Source: Lingula anatina (Eukaryota > Animalia > Brachiopoda). From it: a stretch of 64,000 nucleotides of DNA. This document shows positions 1 through 12,298 of this stretch, in pieces; the first letter of the stretch is position 1, and each line of letters opens with the position of its first letter. The stretch spans positions 26,974,848 to 27,038,847 of the forward strand of contig CM120643.1 of assembly GCA_051362555.1 (NCBI GenBank), written 5' to 3'. Both the position numbers and the translations under genes were made by a program. The notes beneath the pieces are model-generated. The model searched no databases. It had not been told where the DNA came from and saw nothing but the letters and a program-made list of their open reading frames with translations.

Positions 1-118
1 GTACAGCAAAAAATAAAAATAACTAAATTAAAAAAAAAGCTTTCTGTAAAATGGTTTGTTTGATGCCTGCAAGTCTGAGATATTTATATAACCGATTCCG
101 TTTGATTTCATAATTCAG

Positions 119-953
119 ACATATTCACGTTTACCGGTACCATGAAATCACGCTATCTCGCGTCATCCCCGAAGGACTACACAGAACCGTCCCTGTATGC
201 CGGAGGAGTGGAACATCAGCCGGGTGTTCAACAAACGCCCTTTGGTCAGATCTCGGACGCCGTGAGGGGACTAGGAAATGAGATTTCTAGGATTTCCAAC
301 GAATTTTCCGTTGAGATGGTGTTTACAAATGTGTGGTAAGCATCACGATGGAGCACACAAGTATTGTTTTTCTTCTTATTATTTATTGCAACTAAATACG
401 GCTGGACAGCGCCACATTATCAAAATATTCCTTCACACATTTTTGTTTCCAAAGGTACGCAAAGACTGGCGGACTTCTGGTAGATTTCCGAGCATATGTA
501 CATCACGCTCAGCGTCGAAAGCGACGTAGTGACGTCATTGCCAACAAAACGATGGAAGACGTTCAGGGGGATTTGAATAAAGAACTTAGAGGGGCTATGC
601 AGAGTTTCGGTTTTATACCATCTTCTCTTCAATTACAGGTCCAAGCATGGGAAGAAGGTTAGTCAAATATAACCTTGCCTTCGTATACAATAAAAACTTC
701 TTTAATATTTTTGGGTATGTTTTTCAAATTTGTATTCATATCTGGTGGTTGCATTTGGATAGGTGCCGATATCTAAGGAATAAAGTTGAATTGAAGAAAT
801 TTAAGATGCATTTTTACTTATCTTTTTAGACTTATTTTTTACGCGTTTAACATTTTGTGAATTAACATTCACATACGTTTAGCAACACGTGAAATCAAAT
901 TTCCAAGCAAATCTGATGTGATATAATCTTCATTACATCACTCGTGCAACAGA

Positions 954-984
<31 letters not shown>

Positions 985-3272
985 GTAATTTCATCACCAG
1001 CTGAGCTCACGATTTCCCTGAAGTTATTAATATCTAACATTTTTGTCTTTTGTTTCAGCAGGAAAACCGTCGCCAGCCCCAGGTAAGGTTTTGGGTAACT
1101 TATAACAGTACCTGATTGATGAATTTAATGTGATATTGTGATGATTCATGGTTTACCATCATCATATACCCAATATATAATAAATAATAGGATACAAAAC
1201 CTTATATGGGAAAATGATTCAAAATGAAGATTGTTCACCACAATAACTACACAATCTCTGAAAGATAATAACTGCTTAAACATTGTCATGATTTGATATG
1301 GTTACACTTTTAGTTTATAGATATCTGGATAGATGAATGTTCATATACCTGATATTATCATTTTACCATCCTCCCTCGTATATGAATTTGCTTAAGCAAC
1401 TATACAATTAGCCTTCTCCAGTTGTCCAGAAGACATGCAACGGCACACAGAGTCCAACACGTCACGAGTCACGTGGCCTACTCCGGAAGTGACAGATAAT
1501 TCAGGGAACATTACTATCGAAGGGGACTATGAACCGGGTATCTTATTTGTCCTACTAGTAAAACTCCACTTTGCTCAATTTAAATGCAGCGTCGTTTCGC
1601 CAAATGTTTCAAATATATTGCCAACTGTCTGAAACAGTAAAACAATTAACCTGTATCAGCATCGATATGTTCTGAATGTTTTTCAGGCGATGTGTTTCCC
1701 GTTGGAAAAACTGTTGTCACGTATACTGCCATAGACACAGCAAGAAATGAAGCCACTTGCAACTTCACCGTAGAAGTGAAGAAAATAAAGAAAGGTACTG
1801 GCATGCAGAATGGCTTTTACACCCCTTGTATCTAATGCACTCAAGTGTATGTAAGCATTGGTTGCCTAAAATCACAGAACAATTGTTTCGGTACTTTTTA
1901 TTTTTAAGAACATAATATGCAGTAATGTCATTAACTATTTTTGTCATTTCATCTGACTTTTAGGTTATGGGAATTGAAAAAAATTCGTATTAATATATAT
2001 ATATTTCAAATGTAATAATTTAAGTTTAAAAACTGTGTAACTCTTGTTGTTAAAGTATATTAGATACCATTTGCTATCTAGATCTGATAAATATTATGAA
2101 CCGGTTTAAAGCAGGCCAAGGTCCTGCCCCCCATAGCGAGTGTTAGTTTGAAGGTCGGAGTTTCATGTTGTAGAGAAACACACGAGTGTCTGTTGTGGTG
2201 AAGAAAGTTGCTTTGTGTGAAGAGATTTGCTGGTGTGGAGGATTACAGTGTTATTCGTGTGGAGAATAAAACTTTGTAACAAACGTTACCGGGTGTGCGT
2301 GTATAATTCTGCATAGTATCTGTTCGAATTAATATTTTTGCCCTTCACATAAAAGGAAAACATAAAATATGTAAGAACGAGTGGCTTGTTCGAAATCAAG
2401 ATAAGAGCAAAATTTCTTGTCCTATTCTTAATCTTTTAGAATGCCCAGATACAATCCCGGTTCCGGACCGTGGAACTTTACGCTGCTGGCAGCCAGCTGG
2501 CGGGGGTGAAGAGCGCTGTAATGTCACTTGCTTGTCATTCCCTAGAAACATAAAACAGAACCCGGATGTACCAACAAGTTTTGTGTGTAACCCGGAAGGA
2601 ACGTGGGAGCCGCCTTTCGAATGGGGCGTTGTTAAGACACTGGCTTGTCTTAGTGAGTGTGCTTGTTTTCATTGTGCTGTCATCTATGCTAAATTACTCT
2701 AACTTATCTTTAAGTTAATCACGTAGGCACATTATTGCTAGCATTTACTCATTCTTATAAAGTAAGTTACTGCAAGGAGGAGGACATCGTTTGTTGAGGA
2801 TTTTAACTTGGCCTCTTTGTTGGTAACAATTATTCTAAACACATACAGAACTTGCTAGTACTAGTAACTAATGTTGAGACGTTAATGAATTTATTTTGGA
2901 CCCCCTAAACTTTTGTGTCAGTATAAAGCCTTATCCTGAACATTGCTAACCTCTTCTGTGTTGCCAAGCACAGCGAACATAACCATTTGAGGTCCATTCA
3001 TTACAGCTTTGGAACCACCAAGGAATTATAGACTCATATTTAACGTGGAACATCCAGGAACCTGTGTGGATGATAACTACTTCAAGCCATTTGTCGTGGG
3101 TGAGCTGATTAAGTGGCTGAGAGAAGCTGGTTTGTGTCCCGAAGGAGATTTAATTAAGTTATGCCAAAGGTCACAGGTGAAGGTCATCTGTAGGAAGGAG
3201 GACAGAAGACGCCGAGACACCCACGAGGGGGATCTTATTGTGAATTTGGCTCTTAATGTGACTTTCTCGTAA

Positions 3273-3310
<38 letters not shown>

Positions 3311-5111
3311 CTAGTCCCATGCATTTTGCCAAATTCTGCGTTTAAAACACTTCTTATTTGTCATCAGTTTAGTGCCTATGAGTGTTTTGCAGAGTGTGGC
3401 CTAGTAGGCCTACTGGTAATAACCCTCTGCTCCGTCAGCATTCTTTATTACATTTAGCAACAATCAACATATACAATCTAAAATCAAAGTAGAAATAAAT
3501 AAAAACGATATTTTTTTCTATTTTCGTAGCGAGAAAAACAGCACGGATGAGTATCAAAATGTTTTAGCTCTGGCAGAGAATGTGACAAACTTCATCGGCA
3601 GCAGTCAGTTTCGGTTTGAATATGGTGGAAGAAATTACACCTTTGGAAATGGATCGTCTGGCAAGGAAGAGACAACTTGTGGTGAAGGGCAGATGAAGGT
3701 TCTGGACAAATATTGCGGTAAGTGGAAGTCATATACCCACAGTTTTACAGACTGCTGGAAACCCATCAAGCCTCACCTCGAGTTCAGAGGTTAAGGTATC
3801 CTTTCGGATATTCCGCCAAATGGAATTTTCAACGAAAACTCGAGCAATACAGTATACTCCTACTCAGAAATTGGTGTTCGGCCAGTGTAATAAACTTATT
3901 TTGTTCCTAACGTCCAGTCTTTTCAGTCTTTTTTACTGTTCAATCTCGAAGGATACTTTTATTTGAAGGTTTTTATCTCTATGTGTTATTATTATTTTTA
4001 AAAGTATAATGAAAAGATAACTAGCCTTGCAGGACTGCAGGGTATGTCGACACAAAATATGTTTTTCGGAAATTATTAAACGCGGGTAGGACAGATTTAA
4101 ATGCAACTGGTAGCTAAAAATGAAAACGGAGTAGGCAACGTCAAGGTAGGGTCATTTTACAAAAAGATAATGTTGCAAGTTCAGAATGTTCTCTGTAAAT
4201 ACTTCGTTCAATCTCCCAGTCATTTATTTATTGTTTCATTTACTGACTTATATATTAGTTCTGTTCCCTTCTTTGTAGTGAAGTGCCCACCTGGCACGAA
4301 ATACAACTCTGTCCTTAAAACCTGCTATTCTTGTCCAGCAAACACGTACCAGGAGCGCCGAGGGCAGTCCGTGTGTATCAAGTGTAAAGGGGACAAAACG
4401 TCACCGCCAGGGTCATTCAGTCCTTCTGATTGTACGTATTATGAAACTGGATCACTCATTGGATTTTTATTATATTTTTGGGGGGGCTGAGTTAATATTC
4501 TAAACAATATATTAAGACTTTTATGAAAAAAAAGGTGTACACAAAAATGAATAGTGTTTGCAATGATATATCCCCTTGTTCAAAATTGTTGACAAATTTA
4601 AGATCTACAGTCATTTTTTTCGAACTCTGATTAACCATTAAAAGCGAAATTCATCAGTCTCTGGTTAACAGTTTTAGTTCATACCTCAGGTGAAGACACG
4701 GCCCTAAGTACAATCCAACCTACAGTGGTTACGACAGCGCGACTGGATCTAATCATTGGCCTGAGTTTCGCCGCCGTTGCGACCGTCATCCTGGTCGCCA
4801 TCTTGGCTTTCTTGGCATGTCGACGCTGCAGATACAACAAGAAGAAGAAGAGAAGGACGCTCTCCCCAGCGCCAGCGGTGACTGACTTTTTGGACTACCA
4901 TAATGTTGCCTATGATTACGCTAAAGCCTTTTCTGTATCGTATGAGAGAACGGGGACAAATGACGGTGGGATGCAAAATAGGGGGCCAAGGACTGAACAT
5001 ACGTACACAAATGCTTCGGGCTCACTCCGCGCGTATGAAGGAATGGTACGAGATGTCACCGAGCAGCAATTTTCCCACTATCAAAATGACATACCCTACC
5101 TACGTGAGTAG
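119..5111 (+). CDS. 3' portion of a multi-domain type-I membrane protein (SEA-like, HYR, Sushi/CCP, GCC2/GCC3 ephrin-receptor-like, TM, Tyr-motif tail); SVEP1/uninflatable-like architecture; 5' end lies upstream of the window
   Basis: Phase-compatible GT-AG exons: 119-335, 455-657, 1059-1082 (24-nt microexon), 1412-1537, 1687-1794, 2440-2652, 3007-3268, 3530-3717, 4279-4431, 4690-5111 (TAG). Motifs: GGLLVDF then RRKRR (SEA-like plus furin site); FSSCPEDM..VTWPTPEVTDNSG..PGDVFPVGKTVVTYTAID..NEATCNFTVEV (HYR); CPDTIPVPDRGTLRC..C..C..GTWEPP..C (Sushi); CPPGTKYN..CYSCPANTYQERRGQSVCIKC (GCC2/3); TM LIIGLSFAAVATVILVAILAFLAC then a basic stop-transfer segment. Confidence 0.85.
2011..2349 (+). mobile_element. 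Probable solo LTR in gene A intron
   Basis: Starts TGTAAT, ends TTCACA, AATAAA at ~2265, flanks TCAAA/TAAAA (imperfect TSD). Only a degraded 3' part is present at the duplicate site (~51295-51445). Confidence 0.45.
3276..3308. repeat. (CT)n microsatellite
   Basis: Pure TC dinucleotide run just after the donor of exon 3007-3268; also present at ~52368-52402. Confidence 0.9.
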
Positions 5112-5156
5112 CATGATTCAATGACGTACCCTACCTACGTGAGTAGCATGATTCAA
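5087..5156 (+). repeat. 35-bp tandem duplication spanning the gene A stop codon
   Basis: TGAC(A/G)TACCCTACCTACGTGAGTAGCATGATTCAA x2 (5087-5121, 5122-5156); single copy in the duplicate at ~54189. Confidence 0.9.
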
Positions 5157-5654
5157 TGAGTGCACCGATGTGTGAACACGTGATTCCTAAATACCACGTG
5201 ATTGCTGCTTACGTGTACCACAAACAGTTAGTCTTAAATTAAAAGAATACAATACGCGTTAGACTTTTAGAAGTTTAAGGATTTTTTTATTCAAAAGACA
5301 TGTCCTGTGAAAACTACATGTATAACAGTGGATAAAAACTAGTGTACAGTAACCTGCTTTCCAATTTTAAATTTGTAACGTCACAGTTAAAATTTGCCTT
5401 TTCGTACACATGAATATCCAATACGCAAGTGACTTTTGTATATGTTAAGGCCTACCTATAACGCTCATTTTGTTTCTGTGTTAATGGACAGTTCTTCAAG
5501 TGTCTGGCGATGTATTAGTATGCCTTATGTGAACAGATTCCATCCTCCCATTTGAGGCTGAGCTACCACATCGGTTCCCTTATTCGCAAAATGATTGTGT
5601 CAAGTCAAATGCTTTGTAGACGTTAATTTACAGTTCGTAACACGTGGACTGGGA

Positions 5655-8600
5655 TTATCGCTTGTAGAACCCAGTTCGTAGATCAAACGTCACTGCTGGC
5701 TTGGTTTTATTAGGTCGACCTACATAAACCTCCACCGATTCTCGGTCGAGATCGAAGATTGCTGAATGTAGAAATGACAAAGGAAACATAATATTATTAT
5801 CAAAACGATATTACATGTACATATAATGATCGCCATTAATTAGATGAGATAAATGAATGAAAATGTATATATTATATATATTACTTACTTATTACTTATT
5901 ATACGCATTACTTATTCTATAAAATAAATCTGATACTTTTAAGTATCATCTACAGTTTTTTAAACACTCTCTAGGTGATACAAGGCAATAAATAAAAAGA
6001 AGAAAAAAAGTACGTAAATGAATGAAAATGGTACAATCGAAGTATATGCACTTGTTATTATCACATAAGGAAAAATTATCCCTTACCGACAGCCGCCGTT
6101 GCCAAATCATCCGGTTCTCTTCCGTTTCGGAACACAGGAAAGTTAACATCTGTGACGTTAGAAAAGATGTCGCACACTGTAGCGATGACGTCATGTTTTG
6201 TATTGGTGACGCTTTGAAGCAGAATGTCATCTATTTTCTTCCTACGGTGCTCACTGCTCTGGTGGCGGTAGCAGGCTGCGTCAAGTTCTTGATACCTGAG
6301 TTAAGTAGGCAAAAAGGCTTAAACATACATAATTCAACTATTGGAAACTGCGAAGTCGCAATGAATGCCCATGGTTGTAAAATACAGGGGCATTTTCGGG
6401 AATACAAACAAGGAAAACCATACACAGGATTTAACATTAAAACAACTCTGAACTTCGCTTCGGTTTACTTAACAACTCACACATCACTGTAACCTAGCCT
6501 TATAGAGCCAAAGGTGTTTACAAAACACTTACGTATTAAGGTGATAGTCCATTTTTCCAGAGCTTATTGTTTTCTTGGCTATCAATGTTCCTCGTTCACT
6601 GCCAGCCATTTCAATGAATTCTATGATGAAGGGTCTTGGCCCTTTTTTTTCCTCAGGTCGAAGCCAAGTGTAATTGAGGTTGCCACCAGACACAACACCT
6701 TTAACAGATGGGGAGAAGGCACGTTTATTCCCGAGCTAAGTCTACTCAGACAGTTGAAATCACATTTGCAGAATTACTGTAGAGATCTTATGCCTTATAA
6801 AAAGTTCCGTTGACAGAATTGCGTCCGCAACAAAATGCTATTTCTTTATCCCGATATGTGTGTTCGCTTACTGACCGTAACTAATCACTACCTGGGTTTT
6901 GTTTGATTATGGAAAGAAATCCCGCTTCATCCCTTGCACACAACAATGCCCTGTTAAGAATTCTTCTTGCTGAAAATATGCCGTTCAATTTTGTTAATTT
7001 ATTAATTGTATGGCTAATGTTTTCAGATTGCAGTTTGAACGTAAGGACGAAGTTATGTAAAATACGGGAAAAACATGGAGAAAGATGGAGTGATATGAGT
7101 AAACTCACGTAATCCTATCTCTGGCAGATTTTTCTGATATATGCAGTTTGTTGTTTGTATTAAACCATGGCAGTTGAAACTGAATGCGGTCCCTGGGAGG
7201 GTTCCTAGAGAAAATACCATTTAACAAGATATAACATATTTGAAAATTATAATGGAATACGAAGTCTGATAAAACGCAATGTTAACCGCTGACGTCATCG
7301 CCAAAATGATATTGAACGATGACATAATCAATGATTAACCAATCAGAATAGAGGAGGCATACTGTGGAATTAATAAGACGAAAACAATAAGGTGCATCAC
7401 AGCAAAGTTGAAATTTCGTGATATTTCGGAAGGTAATGACTTTCAGGTTTTTAATATTACAAATATTACAAATATTACAAAAGGTTAGTCCCCAGTACTG
7501 TCTTAATTTTGGTCTGCTATTGAAGGCAGCAAAGATATGCAGATAATAGAAGCCCGTTTCCAGCAAAAAAACAAGGTGTGTTCCTCTGGTGACAAATGAT
7601 TGGCCGTACCTAGCCTAGTGGGAATCGATACTAAAATGTATTTCTGCGCCATTGGTTTTCTAAGCTATGGGTATTAAATTAAATCAAATTCAATTCAATT
7701 TATTTCTGTACTGGTATATAGATTGTCATGACCTTGTACAATATGATATACTAATGACGATACAATACAATTAGTGCATTACCATTTCTCTAGTTGGTAT
7801 TATGTTGCCTAGCCATTGTGAATGGAAAAATAATCTTTATATAATGGACATACATAATAGTAAAATTACTCATAAAATATTAAAGTAACACGCCCATTCA
7901 GCGGCGGTAATTTTGATTTTTTTTTTTTTTTTTTTTTTGTCAAAAATAAGATTAAGACACAGTGGCATTCAGAGTGAATTTCTGGGCTATATTGAGCCTT
8001 CAACAGACCGGATTCGGTTTAGAAACTTTTGTCGCCATTTCGCAACCCTGATTGGGGAAAACACTCTTTTACTTTGCAATTGTTATGTATGAGAGCTGAT
8101 CTATCCTGATCTAAACATCTATACATCTATACAACATGGACTACCTGGATACGTGAATACTGTGAAGTTTTCCACTTCTTCACCCGTAACATCTGACACA
8201 ATGACAACCTGCACAATGAAGCATTTGTTGAGAAAACTTGGCCTGACGTCCTCCGAGTGAGCAGTCACGTGAGCTTCCTGGTGTGAAAGCAAGTAGAGAG
8301 TAAAAATTTAACTTCCGAGTTAAAAAACAAGAAGGCGTATAGCTTCCTTCTTACCAAAAATATTTCATCTGAATGTTAAGCATAATTTCATTTCTGTATT
8401 ACGGTATTCCCATTTCATACTCGTTCAAAGAGCTAGGAAACTGCCTCGAACAGTTCTTCGAAACATATACTGGCTGATGGCTTACAAAGAAACCCTTGAT
8501 ATATTTTGTAATAAGTGAGATAATTAAAACTGCAAATTTCTCACTGGATTCAGATTACCGTGGGGCAAAGAAAGTTTCGTCCTACCGGTAAGTTTATCAG

Positions 8601-9607
8601 TATATCTGTGCATCCCTCCTGTTCTGTTCTTATGTTTAATCGTTCCTTGAGTTCATTCTCTATGTGATACAGAAATAACTGGGAAAATAATGAAAATGAG
8701 AAACATCACGAAGATTATAAAAATGGTGTCTCTAGGGACAGCGTGAAAATACAGTGTAACTTAAAGCGCGCGATTCATTACTATCCTGTTTATTCGTTAG
8801 GATTCCTTATACACTTACGAGCAACAATTTATCTCAACTTTGCAAATGTCCTTCTCTTTTCTCACGGGGTTTTGAGATAGCGTTCTATGTATGAGTTAAA
8901 TGCCACCACCGAAAATACATAACATACATTACTGTAATCCAAACCTCTGTAATTTAAATAAATTCAGGCACCTTACATACCTCAATGAAGCTGACTTTTG
9001 TACCATCAGCCGTCCCTTTTAATTCATCAATATACTGGGGAAACACCGCTTTGGTTGTGTTCAGAAAGTTTTGAACCTCTCTGTGTCCGTCTTGGGTGTT
9101 ATAAAACGGCAGCAACTTTTGCTGTAATGTTGCATTCTGGGTAACGCACTCCTGAACCAGGTCCTGGGTGAGTTGGCCCTAAAGAAAAGAGCCATCTTTA
9201 TGACAATATTTAACTTTCACTATACATGCAGGGACCCGAGGGGGGGGGGGCTTCTAAGTAGGCGAGTGGGTGTGGGGCAGAGACACAAGGGTAAAGAACC
9301 ATCAATATTTTCCTTCGCTTTGTTTCGCTCGGTTTTCTAAAATAGGTGACTAAGAGTGGAGACTAAACCGTATCTACAATGTGCAAATGTACTTAATCAC
9401 TGAAATATGTACGTGACGCGTGTTAGGTCGGAGGAAGGGACGATCCCCGCTTACGTTGGATTATAAACCAATTTTTCCCACGCAATCGATGCATTTGTTT
9501 ATACTTACAATTCGGTACCCGACATCATAGTGCCTCCCTCGGGCACAGAAAACGGGGACACTTTCTTTGCTGTGCTCCTTCACAGAGCATATCATCCTAC
9601 TCGACAT
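5655..9607 (-). CDS. tan-like: Tan-like peptidase C45 (acyl-CoA:6-APA acyltransferase family Ntn-hydrolase; beta-alanyl-amine/carcinine hydrolase-like), ~392 aa
   Basis: Minus-strand exons 9607-9509, 9178-8981, 8678-8586, 8277-8145, 7204-7109, 6969-6892, 6698-6533, 6295-6087, 5761-5655 splice in frame (1179 nt). Translation contains VPVFCARGRHYDVGYRIG, FPQYIDELKGTADG, EGCTDILIN (G|C autoprocessing nucleophile), AHSED, YPGTLPGTAFSFNCHGL, PRRILNRALL, HLNTY, FPVFR..ATAAVAIFDL..VYVGRP, matching remembered Tan/C45 motifs. The start codon is uncertain (a possible extra 5' exon lies at ~9765-9845). Confidence 0.88.
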
Positions 9608-10120
9608 CAGTTACGTCACACAGGCAAAAAGTGCTACATGTGCATGAGGTATCCCACGGGATTTAAACGTACACAAGCTTTTGTCACACTGGATGTGTGT
9701 GCGACATTCTTCCATTTCTGCCTTGGTGCATTACAGATGATATATGCATACTGCATTGTTTTACCTTTGCGATGACAACAATATTAAACAGAGATAAGAT
9801 CTTGTTGAGCCCTGGCACGCAAAACTATTCGGGTAGAAAATGACCATTGTTGAGTACAAATACCGGGGTACAGCCTTGAACTCCACCAAAGTTCGATTGC
9901 CGCAGAAAGTGAAGACGTCATAGCACAATTATTCATAATGGACTTTTATTTGATTGTGATGCTTATCAAGAGATATTATTTATTTATTGGAGGGGGTCAT
10001 AGCGGACTTGTACCCTTTCCTTTGGATCTGAAATAATTATTTCTATCCCCCCAAAATAATAATAATAAAAAATTACATCATTTTCCATCCCCCTTGTCTT
10101 ACATAATAAAGAAAAAAAGA

Positions 10121-10187
10121 TGTTGTATTACCTCCGAAGGTGTTGTATTACCTCCGCCCCAAGAAGGTGTTGTATTACCTCCGCCCC
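10121..10187. repeat. Short tandem repeat (TGTTGTATTACCTCCG x3)
   Basis: Three copies upstream of the tan-like gene, conserved in the duplicate at ~59202-59268. Confidence 0.8.
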
Positions 10188-10378
10188 ATGTAGTATAGAA
10201 TCAATTAATGAAGTAAAATGACAAACGCAACATGTAGGTTGATTGATTTTAGGCCAGTTAAGGCCATTCTTTATTTTTTGTCAAAGCCAAATAAGATGAA
10301 TAACATTTTTATTTTATTTTTGTTAATTGACCATGAGCTCAAAATTGTAATCCTCCAGCGTGAAGCTGTTATAGACGT

Positions 10379-10412
<34 letters not shown>

Positions 10413-12298
10413 TACATTTTGACTGTGAAACAAAACAATTATCCCAATTCTTGACACATAAATAATTTCCATTTTTGCCCAATATAGGATACAATTCTGC
10501 ACTGCAGGCATTTAACTTACTTCCTAAAATTATACTTGCACTTAGTAACTTTTCAAATTTTATTAAATTGAATTTGAATAAAATTCTGCTAATTTTCGAT
10601 TAATAAAAAGTTACCATTACTCTTTGCTTTACAACAGATTTACAACATTATTAACTGACAACATTGAAAACACTCCAATAATATAAATTTTAAACAGCCT
10701 TAAAAGTTAGTTCAAACCGAGTAAATTATTCATTTTAAACCTATATTACATTTGCTAGGTGATGTCCGTAAGGTGCACGTATACTAACCGTTAATCGGTT
10801 TTTCGTTTGGTGTTTGGGTGGAGGAAGGTTGTATCGGAAGAAAACGTTCGGACTCACAGCCTCCGTAAGCTTAACAATTTTGTCAAGCTAATATTTTCGA
10901 AAAATTAACTTATTCTGGAAACCACAAGCTTGGCGGCGATATCGTAGATGGAATTGCAATGTTCTCGTATGGGTATATATAGGCCTATTGTTCGGTGGAC
11001 TTGGGGTTAGCGTGGTTTAGTGGTTTAAAGAGGCATAAAAGTATTTATTTTATTAAAAAAAACGCACTGTCAATCCCTTGCATAAATGTGAAATTGTTTC
11101 TCTTCTTCTTGTAATGCGGGTGCTAAAATCATAGGGGGGAGGCATTGATAATGTACCGATCTTCAAGGAAGCCGCATGTAACGTGTCCTGTCAACACGGC
11201 TGCACTAAGACGAAAGGGCAGTGTTTTATCACTAACCGTTTTTTTCCTACTTGACCTCAAGGTCATGTCGAGGCAATGGCACGGAATCCGCATGTAATGA
11301 ACACACATTCTCCTTAACCCGTTTAAAAAAAATAAATCGCACGGAAAATCGAAGATTTCATCGCATGGTGCCCGAGGCAAATGTAATCAAGGCTTTAACA
11401 TCGGAAACAATTAATCCTTGAAAAAATGTGCGAAAGTATCATGATATTCTCCTAAGATCATGAAAATATTTAACTTGAAATTTACCTTACACCAATCGTC
11501 AAAAATCGATTAATCATATATCTGGTATCAACTATATGAAATGGTATGTTTTTGAAAAGAAAGATAAAATGCACACGTGTGCATAAAGTAAATACTTTGC
11601 CTTTTGCAAATTCTCAAACTTTTTACTAATACAACGCTTGGTTTTTAAGTATTAAGTTGATACTAACCGTACTTGGCCATGGATAATTAAGTAAATTTTT
11701 GCTACAAACTAATTTTCTTGCAATTTACTACATGTGTGGTACCAAACAAGAACCAGAAGACTAGCTACTGTGAATGAAAAGGTGAACCAAAGCTTATCTG
11801 CTTACTTTTACCAGGACTGACTGGTTTATCACTAGATATTTACAGATGTGCCTCTGACTAATTATAAACACTTAAATATAATGTACAGTGAATTTTTTAA
11901 TGGAATTGTCGTCACTCAGCTGGTGTCTGGTATAAAGCACTAGTCTGTTGGGCTGGTTTCAGATTACTCTAACTGAATACAGAATAAAGCGCCCGCATCT
12001 TTGATGTCCAAAACGCATAATCCTTCCTAAACAACTATTTTGACAGTAGAAAAGTATGTAATAATTGACAACGCTATGAGTTGTCCCAATGTAATGTATT
12101 ATTATGGCGCCCACACAACTATTTACGATGAATATTGATTAACAATAAAACCGTATTGTTCAACTTTACAACAATTAAAAGCGTAAGACCACCGCGTAAA
12201 TATTGATTTAGCCTCGGATACAGTTCCGTTATTTTGTCCAAGATTTAGCCAAAGAAGCATCTAAATCTTTATCTTTCCTTTAATGCTCTAACGCATAC

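Noticed and set aside
6022-7112. Plus-strand ORFs 6022-6492, 6514-6813, 6903-7112
   Set aside because: Antisense shadows of tan-like exons; one is broken in the duplicate.
10121-10187. CRISPR-like short repeats (also 19740-19910)
   Set aside because: Eukaryotic context, no unique regular spacers, no cas genes.
11025-11605. Possible Kolobok-like MITE (AAAGAGGCATAAAAGTATTT / AAATACTTTGCCTTT)
   Set aside because: TIR match is short and gapped and the TSD is unclear.
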